From Callorhinchus milii (taxonomy: Eukaryota), in NCBI RefSeq assembly GCF_018977255.1, contig NW_024704742.1, positions 73,472,001 through 73,536,000 on the forward strand: DNA of 64,000 bases, given 5' to 3'. The notes under the pieces were generated by a model. It worked only from the letters and a program-made list of their open reading frames with translations. It was not told the origin of the DNA and did not search any database. Position numbers and translations under genes: made by a program. Every line of letters starts with the position of its first letter. Positions within the stretch are counted from its first letter, which is position 1. Of this stretch, positions 1 to 11,970 are shown in pieces.

Positions 1-714
1 TCCTGTGTTAGAAATCATTTTGTTATGCGGGCATTATTATGTCCATCAGACAAAGTGCTGAATTTCATTTCCTTTATTCATCGGTTGCTAACAACTTTAT
101 CAATTTGTGTTCACTAGCACGAAAATGATGTGAAATATCAGTTCAAATTTGCTTTTCCCTATCATCTGGCGAACATATTAAATAATTCTATCAAAGAATT
201 TATTGAATCTGGGACATGAGATTATTTATAGATAACTTTGCTTGTCTGTGGAATTCTATTGAGTTACAAAAACAAAAATAGCCATGCAAAAAACAAATGA
301 ATGTTGCAACTACCAACTGACCCTGGAGGTGCTCACTTCAGAGCTCTATTGATTTATGTTGGTGAAGGTACACAACATTGTTTTTATTAGGAATTCTTTA
401 CTTAGCTGCAACCTCTAAATGCCTTTCTTAAACATCTACAAAACTTGATCTTTTGGAATTTCATGGCATTATTTGGAAAAGAGAAAACAGTTCCTCCTGT
501 TGTCCTGGTCAACGATAAATTTGCTCATTCACTTTGTGGTTGTTTGCTATTTGCAAATGGGCTGCCGCATTCACCTACAAATACACAGAAACTACACTTT
601 ACAGTACATCCTGTGAAGTGCTTTGATATGCTTTGAGAAGGCTCCTGACGTGAAAGGTGCTATTTACATGTGTTTGACATTGCTCCTGCGGTTTAGCTAT
701 CTTTTTTGACTATA

Positions 715-940
715 TAATCATAGCATCATAGAATTATACAGTACAGGAGACCATATGGCCCATCGTGTCTGTGGCGGCTCTTTGAAAAAAGCTATCCGAA
801 TCAATCCCACTCCCCCACTCTCTCCCCATAGCCCTGCAAACTTATCCTCCCCAAATAATTATCTACGTCTCTCTTAAAAGTTATTATTGAATCGGCTCCC
901 ATCACCCTTTCAGGCACTAATAAGTCACTTTGGGTAAAAT
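715..940 (-). mobile_element. CR1-clade LINE 3' end fragment
   Basis: Reverse strand shows the CR1 ORF2 C-terminal remnant (FKRDVDNYL), then GGGGAGAGAGTGGGGGAGTGGGAT..GGGCCATATGG and a (CTATGAT)-type tail. Confidence 0.7.
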
Positions 941-2426
941 AATCTAATTTTATGAAGTTCTTAGGCTGCTCTGATGTGATACGGTGGTATCCCAAACACA
1001 ATTATCCCCCCTCCCTCTAAGGCAAGAGACACCAGGACTTGTAGAATTCTACTCAGAGTCAACAGCTTTGATTGAAGAGGAGGAAGAGAATTGAAGAAGG
1101 AATGGGTACTTTAAAACAACATGTCCCTTTTCTGTTCACTTATATTTTACATTCTTTATGCTTCTGCTCCAGTCAGCTAATGTGACTGCTTTTACCTTTA
1201 AGACTTTGCTTAAACAGGAAGCTGTGTTCTATTAACCTTTATTCTGCTTCAAAGCACCTTGTAGTTTGGTCAGGCATTCACCCATCTAACTTGTTCCTTG
1301 GTGAAGGTTCGTGATAAAATCATGAGTATGAAATGCAACAGATAACCAATTGGGATCTTAACTTCCAGGATATTAAATAGCTTTCACGGTGCACAGTGAA
1401 AGCTTTCACAGCCATTTATGTAATATACTTATTGCTAACCTTTTTAACAGTTCAATGGTAATATCTTTAAGTGCTGCCTTTCATCAATAATCAGAACCAT
1501 AAGCTTCCACTACAAAACCTTTTCTTTCTACTATGAAATACGGTTTGCTATTAGTGTTATTATATGTCAAGCATCTGATCGTTCTAGTTATGGATAATTT
1601 TTCAGCTGTCAGTAAGACACTGATATATTTTACATCTGGCAAAATCTATGGATTTAGACATAATACAAAAGTATATTGTAGGTTTCATTTTATTTTTATG
1701 TTTACACTTGTTTTTAATTCAAAGAGGTCCTGATGAAAAAATGGTTGGTATTTTCCATCTAATTTCTTGTAAGTACTGTACAAATCCAGCAGCCCTCAAA
1801 TTGGACATGGTTTACTTGCTATTAATATAGCAAACAGATCACAAGACAAGTGAGTGAGGGATGTTGACATTGGAGATTGGCTATGAATCTAGGATCAGTT
1901 CCCTTAACTTACTGGAATTCTGTTACACCCCATAAAATGTATACAGAACATCAGAGTCTAATTGGTGGTATTGTATTTCAGGGGGAATTTCTTAAATCCA
2001 AATTGAACAAGTGGGAATTCTAATATGACTCTTTATTAAGTCTAAATATAAACTAAATCTCCTGATAGCTTAGTGAATAAAGGGGCCATCCACTGTAGCA
2101 TTGAATCCTGCTTTAGGTAACATTAGGTCATCTGAGTTGGGTAGCAGTTCACTTGCTACAGTTGGATTTGGTTACATGGAGTTACACAGAATGTTGGAAA
2201 CAGGTGATTCAGCCCAAGTAATCCATGCTAATGGTTGTACTCCACACAAACCCCCCATTCCTCCTATTCTCCTCTCTGTACCCCTCTGGTTTCTCTTGAC
2301 TAAGGAGAAGGAAAATTGCATCAATGGAATTGTACTTCAGTGTGAATCAATGGCTTACATAGAGGAAAAGATAAGTAAAGATGAGTCTCAGTATATGTTC
2401 CACAATTACTGTATCATGTATTTTGC

Positions 2427-2995
2427 CTATCCTGCTTGGTGGGGAGGTAAGCAGGGTCTCCTTGGAGCTGAATTGGCACCATGGCGACATGTTTGTCAGT
2501 GGTGATCTCAGTAGAGCAGTTCCTGAGCCAGGTGTGTCCGCAGTTTTCCAGGGACTGCTGATGACAGCACAGTCAGTCTGCTCATCGGCAGGACCTGGAG
2601 GGGCAGACCCATCCCTGGGGGCAGGGAGCCAATCCCCTCACCTACTGTTAACCCTGAAACCCAAAAGTCTAATGGGTAGGGTGATTCTAGCTAGACAAGC
2701 AGCGGGAAAGCTTGCCAGACGGCAATATCAACGGCAAGCTTTGCAGTTTTAGCTGGTTAGACTACCCAACGCACACTCTAGGGTTCCCAAACATTGGTTC
2801 TTGCTAACCTGTGCCTAGTACTTTCCAAAATTAGGTAAACAGATTGCATCCCTCCGGGGAGAGAGTATGTATTCCATTCCAACAATCTATCTCTGGAATT
2901 CCCATGTTCAAGTGAGATGCATGGAATTTTCAACTTGGTTTGGTTAATCTTAAGCATGGGAATAGGTTTCTGCATGTGTCAGACACGAGTCTATG
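2427..2995 (+). repeat. Unclassified ~600-bp structured repeat, near full-length copy with an internal deletion
   Basis: Colinear with 19065-19667 from CTATCCTG..GGAGCTGAAT through to GTGTCAGACAC. Confidence 0.85.
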
Positions 2996-3439
2996 AAAAT
3001 TTTTTTTTTTTTTTGACTTAGAACATATATATAAATACCAGTAGCCAAAACTGTTTCAAGGGAAAGGTCTAGAGAAGAGAGCTAGGTACTCCTGATGAAT
3101 GAGTATGGTGCATAGGAAAGATGCAGAAGGAGATGTCATAGAAGCTAAATATGGCTAAAAGGAGCATTCTAACCAGGTCTACTTGCCAAGGATTGCAGAA
3201 GACATTTGGCTACAATTCCCATTGTTTGATTGGATCCAGCTCTAATAGGGCGGAAATATATCTGTGGCATTCTTTTAGTGAAGCAGAAATGAATCTCTAA
3301 ACCTGGTCAAGTCTTAGAATCTTGTTATGCCATTTGAATGTATCACAATTGAAAGGTTGCACTGTCGGGTCTCTTACCACCATTTTCATTGGTAACAGCC
3401 CATCCTTTTATTCCAAAATTATGTTGGAAGCTAAGGTCT

Positions 3440-5665
3440 CCTTTTTTCTATCATAAACCAACTCTTCTATCCACCCTCCCATGCCTCAGCTATACTCTCC
3501 TCCAGCACCAAATGCAAGGAGATGATGGATTTCCTCGTCCAAAGTCGAGGCGATCCATTCTGCCGACTCTAGCTCCTCTACCGGCACCCCGTCTCCACCT
3601 CCTGCTCCCCTTCCAGTCCCACCCATCTCTCCCTCCGCACTTTTGATCCTGTCTTCCCCTCTTCGCTCACCTCCATCATTTCCCGTATGAAACCCATTAC
3701 CTGCTCCCTTGGCCCCATCCCCACCCTCTCCTCACCCCCCAGCTCCACCTCCTTGCCCCCCAACTAACAGACCTCGTTAATCTCTCCCTGTCCACTGGCA
3801 CTGTACCGATCCCCCTAAAGATAGCCATCATCACCCCTGCACTCAAAAAACCTTCCCTTGACCCTTCGCTGCTCTCCAACTACCCCCCATTTCGAACCTT
3901 CCTTTTCTATTAACGGTCATGGAACAAGTTGTCGCTTCCCAGCTTCGCACTTTCATCTCCCAGCATTCCCTCCATGAACCCAATCTGGGTTTCGTGCTAC
4001 TCACAGCACAGAGACAGCTCTGATCAAAGTGACAAATGACATTCTGTCCACCTGCGACCAGGGCTCTCTCTGTCTCCTCATCCATCTCGACTTCTCAGCC
4101 GCTTTCAATTCTATTAACCACTCTATTTTTCTCTACCGCCTCTCCACTCACCTCCACTTCAATGGTTCTGTTCTTGCTTGATTCTTATCCTACCTTTCCC
4201 ACCATCTGCACTTCATGGCCACCAACAGTTTCTCCTCTAGCCCCTGCACTATCACCTGTGGCATCCCTCAGGGCTCTGTCCTTGGTTCTCTCCTCTTCAA
4301 TCTATACATGCTCCTGCTTGGGGATGTCATCCACAGGTATGGGGTCAATTTCTACTTGGATGCGGATGACATCCAACTCTATCTCTCAGCCTCCAACCTC
4401 GACTCTAGGATCATTGATGTCGTAGCTAATTGTCTGTGACATCAAGTCCTGGACAAGAGCCAACAATGTGGAGTCCTGTAGCTCAATGGTTAGAGCACTC
4501 GCCTTGCAAGCGAGACACCTGGGTTCAATTCCAGGCAGGGCAAAACCTTGGGCAAGTTTCCTTACTCCACACGCCTAATAATAATCCCACCAAAAAAAAC
4601 AAATAATAATAAAAATTGGTCATTTTCAATCCATGACTGTTTGTGGGACACTGCTGTGTGCAATTGGCTGCTGGTTTCGCCCACAAATATACGGTCAATT
4701 CACTTTACAGTCTATTCTGTGAAGCGCTTTGAGACGTCGAGAAGACTTGAAAAGTGCTATATCAAATGCAAGGATTATTAGTATTATTATATAACTTCCT
4801 CCAACTCAATGTTGCCAAGACAGAGGCCCTCCTGCTTGGCTCCTGGCAACGCCACTTCACCTCAGCCGCTGACACTATTACCATTCATGGCTGCACTCTT
4901 CACCTCACTGAGACAATCCGAAACCTTAGTGTAATTTTTGCCCCTCAACTATCCTTGAAACCCCACATCTCTACCGTGCTCCGTTCCGCCTTTCCACACC
5001 TCCTCAACATTGCCTGCTTCCGCCATTGCCTCTCACCGCAGGCCGCCGAGACCCTGATCCATGCTTTCATTAAGTCCCGGCTTGACTAGACCAACTGCCT
5101 GCTTACTGGACTTCCCACCTTTTCCCTCCACAAGATGCAGATTATTCTGAACTCTGCAGCTCGTGTCCCCTCCCACATCAGGCTCCAGGAACCTATCACC
5201 CCCATTTTTGCCTGGCTTCACTGGCTCCCAATTCCTCAGAGAATCGAGTACAAAACCCTCGTTCTTACCTTCAAGGTCTTCCACTGTCTTGCTCCCCCTA
5301 CCTCTCCGACCTCATAACCCCATATCATCCTGTCTACTCCCTCTGCTCAGCGGACACCAGCCTGCTTCAGGTCCCCCACATTTCCCGCCCCACCATTGGC
5401 AGTCGGGTATTCAGCATTTCTGTCCCCACACTCTAGAACTCTATTCCACAATCCCTCCACCTCATCCCCTCTCTTACCTCCTTCAAGTCCCATTTGAAGA
5501 CCTTGGACTTCGACCATGTCTTGAGCCACACTCCCATCCCCACCCACCCACCCTCCTTCCCTTCTGACCCCAACTCCCTGCTCGGGTCCAAAATCCATGA
5601 TTGTCCAGTGCTCGGGAGGTCTTTCCGAAGTGAAGAGCACTGTACAAGGTTAATTTGTTATTGTG
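3440..5665 (+). mobile_element. 5'-truncated, frameshifted L2 LINE (RT region to 3' tail), interrupted by a SINE at 4469-4790
   Basis: RT motifs GIPQGSVLGSLLFNLYM, YLDADDIQLY, LQLNVAKTE, SRLD, LHWLPI..RIEYK. L2 tail GTCCAGTGCTCGGGAGGTCTTTCCGAAGTGAAGAGCAC..TTGTTATTG. Confidence 0.9.
4469..4790 (+). mobile_element. tRNA-Ala-derived SINE, short form, AGAAGAC-tail subfamily
   Basis: Head GGAGTCCTGTAGCTCAATGGTTAGAGCACTCGCCTTGCAAGCGAG..GGTTCAATTCC carries A and B boxes. Body CCTTGGGCAAGTTTCCTTACTCC, (TTA)n tail. Splits the L2 frame at AAC. Confidence 0.92.
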
Positions 5666-5676
5666 GTTCATTGTTT

Positions 5677-6074
5677 AGCCTCGCTCAGTTGGTTGCATCA
5701 GAAGGGAGTCAAGCCCCATGTTGAGACTTGAGCATATAGTCTAAGCTGACACTGCAGTGCAGTGCTGGAGAACTGCTGCATTGTCAGAGGTGTGTCCTTC
5801 AGATGAGATGTTAAACCAAGTTCCATTTGCCTGTTTAGATTGAAATTAAATATCCCATCACACAATTCAAAAAGAGAAGGGAGTTTCTCCTGGTGTCCTG
5901 AGTAACAATCCCCCAGATGAATTGATCATTCACTTCATGGCTGTTTACGGCATGTTGGTGCACACAAATTAGCTGCTGTGTTCACCTACAAATACACCCT
6001 CACCACGCCTCACAGAAACATGAAGCGCTTGATACATTAGACATTATATCAAATGAAAAGACTATTATTATTAC
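5677..6074 (+). mobile_element. Older Deu-domain SINE (SacSINE1/AmnSINE1-like)
   Basis: AGCCTCGCTCAGTTGG head, Deu-type core GCTGACACTGCAGTGCAGTGCTG..GAGATGTTAAACCAAGG..GAAGGGAGTTTCTCCTGGTGTCCTG, (TTA) tail. Confidence 0.75.
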
Positions 6075-7189
6075 AACTTTAAAAAAGGAAAGCAACCATC
6101 TGTGCATGGTTATGCGAAACACAATTACAGTAAAAGGGGCTGATGCCATGTCAATGAACTCTGCTCAAAAAGAGCTCAATAAATGTCTAGTTAGGAACGG
6201 AATGAAGGTAATAGGATAAATATAGATAGAGGTAATCAAATACTATTGGAAATATAGAGCTTTGACGCTTGTACAGGACAAATGTCATCTGTGGGAAGCA
6301 AATGGCCAGAGTTAATTGATGTATCTTTTAGTTTCAGTACATATTCTGCAGTTTCACTTGGTAATCAATTAGAAGACAGAGAAATCTTGCAAAAAGTTTT
6401 TTTCAGCAAATACATTAGCGTAAGCGGTTCCATGATATGATCACTGGTACATGATCTATAGAAGGAACAGACCACATGGCCTTATTTTCCTTTACTCTTG
6501 CATCTTCTGTAAGAGAAGCCTTGTTACTGTGTGGTGTGTTATAGGCTATTCCATTCAGAGATAGGGGTGATGGGGATGAGTTTCCATTTGTATCAATTTT
6601 GTGCATATCACATGACCTCATGGCTATTTCTGGCACCTTGCTGGGCACAAAATGGCTGTCACATCTGCTTATAAATCTGTAAAGTGCTTTGAAATGTTTT
6701 GAAAGATTAGGCACTATAAAAAGTAAGTTCTTCCTTTTTTTCTTTTTGCTTTATTTGTTGCTGTCTCACATTGTCTGTACATAGTGACTGACGAGTGAAA
6801 CAACTCTCCTGGGTCTGTTTCCCTCTTGGTAATTCCTTCCATCCAATAGAGAACACTTGGCTCTTATTTTTACTTTTAAAATGCAAGATGGTTCATCTGC
6901 ACTAGTTGAAGCATATTTGGTGCATATTGATAAGCCTCAGTCAATATTATTGAGCTCCCTTAGTAATGAAGAAACCCAATGGTGGGTCCCGCTTTCTCCC
7001 TGTACTGACAGACAGAGATGCCAAACCAAGGCATAATGAGAGAAAAGCTGAGGGTTGCTCAAATCAATGGCTCAGCAATCACTGGGCACCAATTCAAAGC
7101 TTGGTGACCAAAGACTGTTAGAATGATGACATTACAATTATAATTTCAGATTTCAGGGCACATCAGTCAAGTGCAAGTGTTTTGTTTGG

Positions 7190-7604
7190 CAACACCAACA
7201 ACAATAACTTGCATTTATATAGTGCCCTTCATGCAGGGTAGCACTTCACTGTGCTTAACAGTGGCGGAGCCTGAGTCCGAGCTGGGTGTGGGGAAATGGC
7301 CATAAGCACGGTCGAAGAGGAAGGTTTTCAGGTGGGATTTGGAAAAGGGGAGAAAGGGAATAAGGTGGAGATTGAGGGAGAGTGTTCCAGAGTTTCGGGG
7401 CGTAGAGCCTGAAAGCGCGACCTCCAATAGTGGGGCAGTGGGATGAGCAGGAGGCCGGTGCCAGTTGAGTGGAGGCACCGGGTGGTGGATTGGGGAGTGA
7501 GGAGGTCGGAGAGGTAGGGAGGTGCCAGAGAGTGAAGGAATTTGAACACGAGTTTGAGGATCTCGAAGTCGATCCATTCGGTGATGGGGAGCCAGTGCCT
7601 ATGG
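7190..7604 (-). mobile_element. L2 LINE 3' fragment (second tail type, GGCTCCGCCACTGTTAAG)
   Basis: Minus-strand HWLPITEWIDFEILKL..LAPPYLSDLL and PTIGGRAF..APKLWN. Closely similar to 42738-43160. Confidence 0.85.
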
Positions 7605-7877
7605 GCAAAACCATAGACAAGTTTCTTACTCCACACATCTCTGATTACCTAGCTGCAAGTAGGAATCTGGTTGTTGATTGATTTGCAAATCACTTTCTGG
7701 GAGTAATAATCCCTTCAAAACAATAATAATAATTTGGCGACTCAATCCCCGACTGTCTATGGGACACTGCTGTGTTTTGCCCACAAAATATACAATTAAT
7801 TCACTTCACATTATATTCTGTGAAGCGCTTTGAGATGTCTCGACAATATGATAAGGTGCTGTATCAAATGCAAGGAT

Positions 7878-8190
7878 TATTATTATAGCACCTTTCACAT
7901 CAGGATGTCTCAAAGCACTTCACAGGATATTTTATAAAGTGGAGTGACTGTATGTTTTGTTGGCGAATGCAGTAGCCAATGTGCACATAGCAATTTCCCA
8001 CAAACAGCCATGAGGTGAATGACATAATTTATTTATGGAATTGTTGGCCAGGCCACTTGGTGAAACTCCCTCCTTGTTTTTAATATGTCTTTGAGTTATC
8101 CGAAAACAGTCTTGGATTGAGTGATCACATTTTCCACCTGAACATCCACCTGAACAGGCAGATAGTTTAACATCTCATCTGAAGGACGGA
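7878..8190 (-). mobile_element. Deu-domain SINE 3' portion
   Basis: Reverse complement of the 5677-6074 body and tail (GCCAGG..GAAACTCCC..CCACCTGAACAGGCAGA..TTTAACATCTCATCTGAAGGAC). Confidence 0.65.
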
Positions 8191-8358
8191 ACAAATAAAT
8201 TGCTGTAAATCAAAGTTTGAGGATAAATTCTGTTTATAGCCCAGTAAAAAGTATAAATTCAGCGGAATTTAGATTTAGTCTCAGGCCTCTGTTCAGTAAT
8301 AACAAGGCTGTAGGACATAATCCTTTTCTGAGATTTGACTTGAAGAACATGTTAGGGG

Positions 8359-8679
8359 AATAATAATAATAATAATAATAATCCTTGCATTTGATATAGC
8401 GCTTTTCATTTCGGGAGGACGTCCCAAAGCGCTTCACAGAATATACTGTAAAGTGAGTTGACTGTATATTTGTGGGCGAACGCGGCAGCCAATTGCGCAC
8501 AGCAATGTCCCACAAACAGTCGTAGATTGAAAATGACCAATTTAATTATTGTTTTTGTTTTTTGGAGGGATTATTATTAGGCGTGTGGAGTAAGGAAACT
8601 TGCCCAAGGTTTCGCCCTGCCTGGAATTGAACTCAGGTCTCTCGCTTGCAAAGCGAGTGCTCTAACCACTGAGCTACAG
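8359..8679 (-). mobile_element. tRNA-Ala SINE, short form, young CCTCCCGA-tail subfamily
   Basis: Near-identical in reverse complement to 50764-51082, with a (TTA)n tail. Confidence 0.93.
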
Positions 8680-8796
8680 AGGATAAACTACATCCACAAA
8701 ATAGACAGTCAAAACACTTGACAGTATATCCTGTGAAGTGCTTTGACACATCTTGACAATGTGATCAGATGCTATATCAAATGCAAAGATTATTTG

Positions 8797-9160
8797 TGGA
8801 ATCCTGTAGCGTATTGGTTAGAGCACTCGCCTTGCAAGCAAGAGGACACAGGTTCAATTTCTGGGGGGGCAAATCCTTAGGCACGTTTCCTTACTCCATA
8901 CGCCACTGATTACCAAGCAGTAAGTAGGAATCTGGTTGTTTGTTGATTGATGGATCACTTTCCGGAGGTAATAATCCCTTAAAAAAATGTGATCACTCAA
9001 TCCAAGACTGTTTGCGGGTCACTGCTGTGTGCAATTGTCTACCGCGTTTCACCCATGATATATACAGTCACTACACTTTACAATATATTCTGTGATGCGC
9101 TTTGAGATAACTTGAAGATGTGAAAAGGTGCTATATCAATGCAAAGATTGTTATTATTAT
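8797..9160 (+). mobile_element. tRNA-Ala SINE, long (older) form
   Basis: Same head, plus an extra ~65-bp segment ACTGATTACCAAGCAGTAAGTAGGAATCTGGTTG..GATCACTTTCCGGAGG before TAATAATCCC. Confidence 0.85.
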
Positions 9161-9940
9161 CTGGTATCTTGTCCTTGACTCTTCAAGGACTCTTTAAAGG
9201 CTGTCACTTGATGCATAAATGGAATGTTTCCATTGCCATCAATATTCTGAATGCATGATGATGGAATTTCCCTATTGTAATTTAACCCACTTCCCCACGC
9301 TTAAATGTCTTTAGTTACACGTAGGTTTTTTATAGGATATTGAGATAATTTAACAAAAGCCTTATCTTTTGAAGGACTCGCCAAAGTTGCTTTTCTTCTC
9401 TTCTTGTCTGCAGAAGATAAAAGGAGCATGTTCAATTAAATGTTTTACACAGAAAAGGTGGAAGTATTTGACATACATACCTGTGAAGCTGAATCCACAA
9501 CTACATTCGAAAAGGAATTGGATAAATAGAGTGTTTGAATAAAATAATCTTAAAACGATATGGGGAAAGAGCAGGGGAATGGGATTAGTGAATGGCACCA
9601 GTCAGCGAACCAACACCATTGTGCACTCAGTGAGCTGAATGGCTTCTTCAGTGCTGCAAAGATTTTATAAACCTCTCCTTGATACAGTGACTCATGTTTA
9701 TAAATAGATTCCTGGATGACAGCAATGGCTCAATGACAAGAAGTATAACCGAATCTTAGCCTGTAAAACATTTTTGTTTCAAATTTGAAGATGGCAACAA
9801 AAAATTTTAAATTCTTAAATTCAGACTTAATGTTGTATTTAAGAACCTATTCGAATTGAAGAAGGTTCTACAATTCCATAGCTTCACAAATTTTAAGACA
9901 AAATGGTCTCACAGGCTAAGTCTAGGTAGAATTTCGAACC

Positions 9941-10095
9941 ATTGTGGCCATTCTTGTTCTGAGGATGAACTATCACAGTCAAACTAGTCTGATCTTCACT
10001 CACGGTCTGTGCTACCAGCAGGGGTCACTGGATTGCAACCGCAGGCACAAATCCTGGCTGATGTAGGTTTTATGTCCTTAGGCCAGGGTCACTTT
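9941..10095 (-). mobile_element. Ancient SINE fragment resembling AmnSINE2/UCON3
   Basis: Minus strand reads CCCTGGCCTAAGG..ATCAGCCAGG..ATCCAGTGACCCCTGCTGG..GACTGTGAT..AAGAATGGCCAC, in the motif order I recall for the AmnSINE2 body. Not database-verified. Confidence 0.5.
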
Positions 10096-10300
10096 CTTGT
10101 AGACTCTGATTTTTAGTTCATCTTTCACTTAAAAAGTTATAAAATTATTTCCTGTACTTCAGTAGAAAACTTTATTTACCTGGGCATTGGGTTACAATAT
10201 TATGCTCTTTTTTCAGGTGCTCAATATCTGAAGCAATATCTTTGCAAGATCTGAATGTAACAACTGAACTTGAAGGCAGAAAAAAACACCAGAGACCATC

Positions 10301-10331
10301 ATGGACTTTGTTATGAAGCAAGCTTTAGGAG
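10301..10331 (+). CDS. CPLX1: Complexin (CPLX1-like), first coding exon, codons 1-10 plus the first base of codon 11. The whole exon including 84 nt of 5' UTR is 10217-10331.
   Basis: ATG GAC TTT GTT ATG AAG CAA GCT TTA GGA G|GTAAGT gives MDFVMKQALGG, the complexin-1/2 N-terminus. Strong Kozak context (atcATGG). Acceptor ctcttttttcAG ends at 10216 and there is an in-frame upstream TGA at 10229. The 31-nt phase-1 coding part matches the known CPLX1/2 exon structure. Confidence 0.93.
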
Positions 10332-10398
10332 GTAAGTGTGTTTTGTATGAAATCCTGTTTGTAGCTAGATCAGCTAGACCGGCACTAGTAAGTATATA

Positions 10399-11344
10399 CG
10401 GTAGAAACCCGGTATGCAGTCACCTCAGTAATCCAGCCACCTCACAACTGTGGGCACATTTTCACAGCCTCTTTCACTGTCAATATTAAAAGATAGTCTG
10501 TCAGCTTCAGTAAACCAGAGACCCCACTATTCAGGACAACAGTCATTGATTGTGGCCACTACAGCTCCCTCTTCTGTTTCGAACCCATTACAAACACCCT
10601 CCTCCGCTACTAACCTGTATACAGTCCGCTAGGCCTTGGGCCGCTCGCGCTGTTTGGTCGACACTGCTACTGTGGGCAGAGTAGGCTCCAGCTGTGCACG
10701 TGCGGCGTGGGGAGTGTTGGGATCGTGGAAACGGCGCGAGTGGAAAATTGACTGCTCCGGCACCTGAGGCCTAACCTGAGCTCCTGCAAACACTGAGTAC
10801 TTGGATGAGGGACCAGAGGAGCGTTTAGTGGAGGAGTTTGTACCAGGGACACTGAGGAACAAGACACACAGGAGAAGGAACAGGAAGAGCAACCTACAAT
10901 ATCAAAGCCCCCTCTCACTTATGTTAATGCACTGGGTTTGTTGGCACAAGTGAAGGACTTTTTCCTTGTTCATGGACTTGAGTTGTGCCAGACTTTGGCT
11001 GATACTGAGGGTCAGCTGCTGGCCAAGGCAGTGCAGGTTAAATCAGCAGCCAGGCAAACAATGCTCGTCTTTTTCTTCAAGAAATGAACACTGTGTAATT
11101 TTAACTTTTCATGTGAACTTTAAATAATGAAATCTAAGATCTGTTTTAAATGTGAAAGTGCCTTTATTTTAATGAGTTTGCAAAGTATGGTTGTTGAATG
11201 TTCATCACCCTTATCCATTACCAATGCGTTAAATATTATATCAGTGACGTGAATCACCCGCCCTGTTTCAGTAATCAGGTCACCTCACTAAATAGATCAC
11301 TTTTGCCCAGTTACTTGAGTGACCGGATTAGTGAGAATCTACTG
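10399..11344 (+). mobile_element. pogo/Tigger (Tc1/mariner superfamily) internally deleted DNA transposon
   Basis: TA|CGGTAGAAACCC...GAGAATCTACTG|TA: imperfect TIRs with TA TSDs. Subterminal AGTAATC..CACCTCAC repeats at both ends. Frame 10851-11087 gives TEEQDTQEKEQEEQPTISKPPLTYVNALGLLAQVKDFF...AARQTMLVFFFKK*, the acidic tail and QTxxxxFF end typical of pogo transposases. Confidence 0.75.
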
Positions 11345-11599
11345 TATAACACAAAAGAGACCAAATCTGCCTTTCCTGTGTTCATTAATTTTAGCAGAAG
11401 TATAGATGGGGTCAAATGTGGTTCCTGTCATACTTAGCACATTTAATGGGCCTCCTCCTGTCACCATGATATTCTCAAAGGTAAATCAGTAGATTCTACT
11501 GCATTGGAATTCTGGTTTATGTGTTCCAGTTACGGCTGCTCTATGGAGGGATATTGACTCTTTTATGTAACTAATTATTTTCCTCAATTTGGCAGTGAA

Positions 11600-11970
11600 A
11601 GGGAGAGACGTATGTGCATAATCCATCAAGTAAAACCTTTGCTACCTCCTCTGATTCCACAGTTCCCCCGTCATGGTGTCATCTGCAAACTTAACTATTG
11701 TATATTGGGTTTGTGAATCGAATTCGTTAATATATACAAGGAATAGGAGGGTTCCAGTCCAGAACCCAGATGGACCTTGGTTAATATATCTCCGCATTTG
11801 GAGCTACATTCTTAGCATCAGCCATCTGTCTCTTTCCCTTCAGCCAATATTGACGTATGTCCATATTTTGCTGTTATTTTCTAGCAATGTCAGTTTGTGA
11901 AGGAGTCTTTCATGGGTTAAACACTTTTTGGAAGTCTAGATATACTATCTATGACATATGGCTTATCAAT
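11600..11970 (-). mobile_element. Degenerate CR1 RT fragment
   Basis: + strand GTGTCATCTGCAAACTT (FADDT on the minus strand), CAGAACCC..GGACC (GxPxGSxL), CTTTTTGGAAGTCTAGATA (YLDFQK). Confidence 0.65.

Noticed and set aside
2550..2720. Hammerhead ribozyme in the structured repeat (CTGATGA at ~2557; CTGACGA/CTGATGA on the opposite strand)
   Set aside because: No stem II closed by a correctly placed GAAA in any copy. I also found no HDV-like P3/L3 motif by eye.
8234..8515. Recurrent short ORFs ending KCKDYYYY as a peptide gene family
   Set aside because: These are translations of the SINE 3' body and its (TTA)n tail.
1..10216. Complexin promoter or non-coding first exon
   Set aside because: No CpG island or convincing exon identified. 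It cannot be placed without transcript data.
10301..10489. ORF-track 62-aa and 66-aa (58844-59044) ORFs as complete proteins
   Set aside because: They are exon read-through into introns. Complexin similarity stops exactly at the splice sites.
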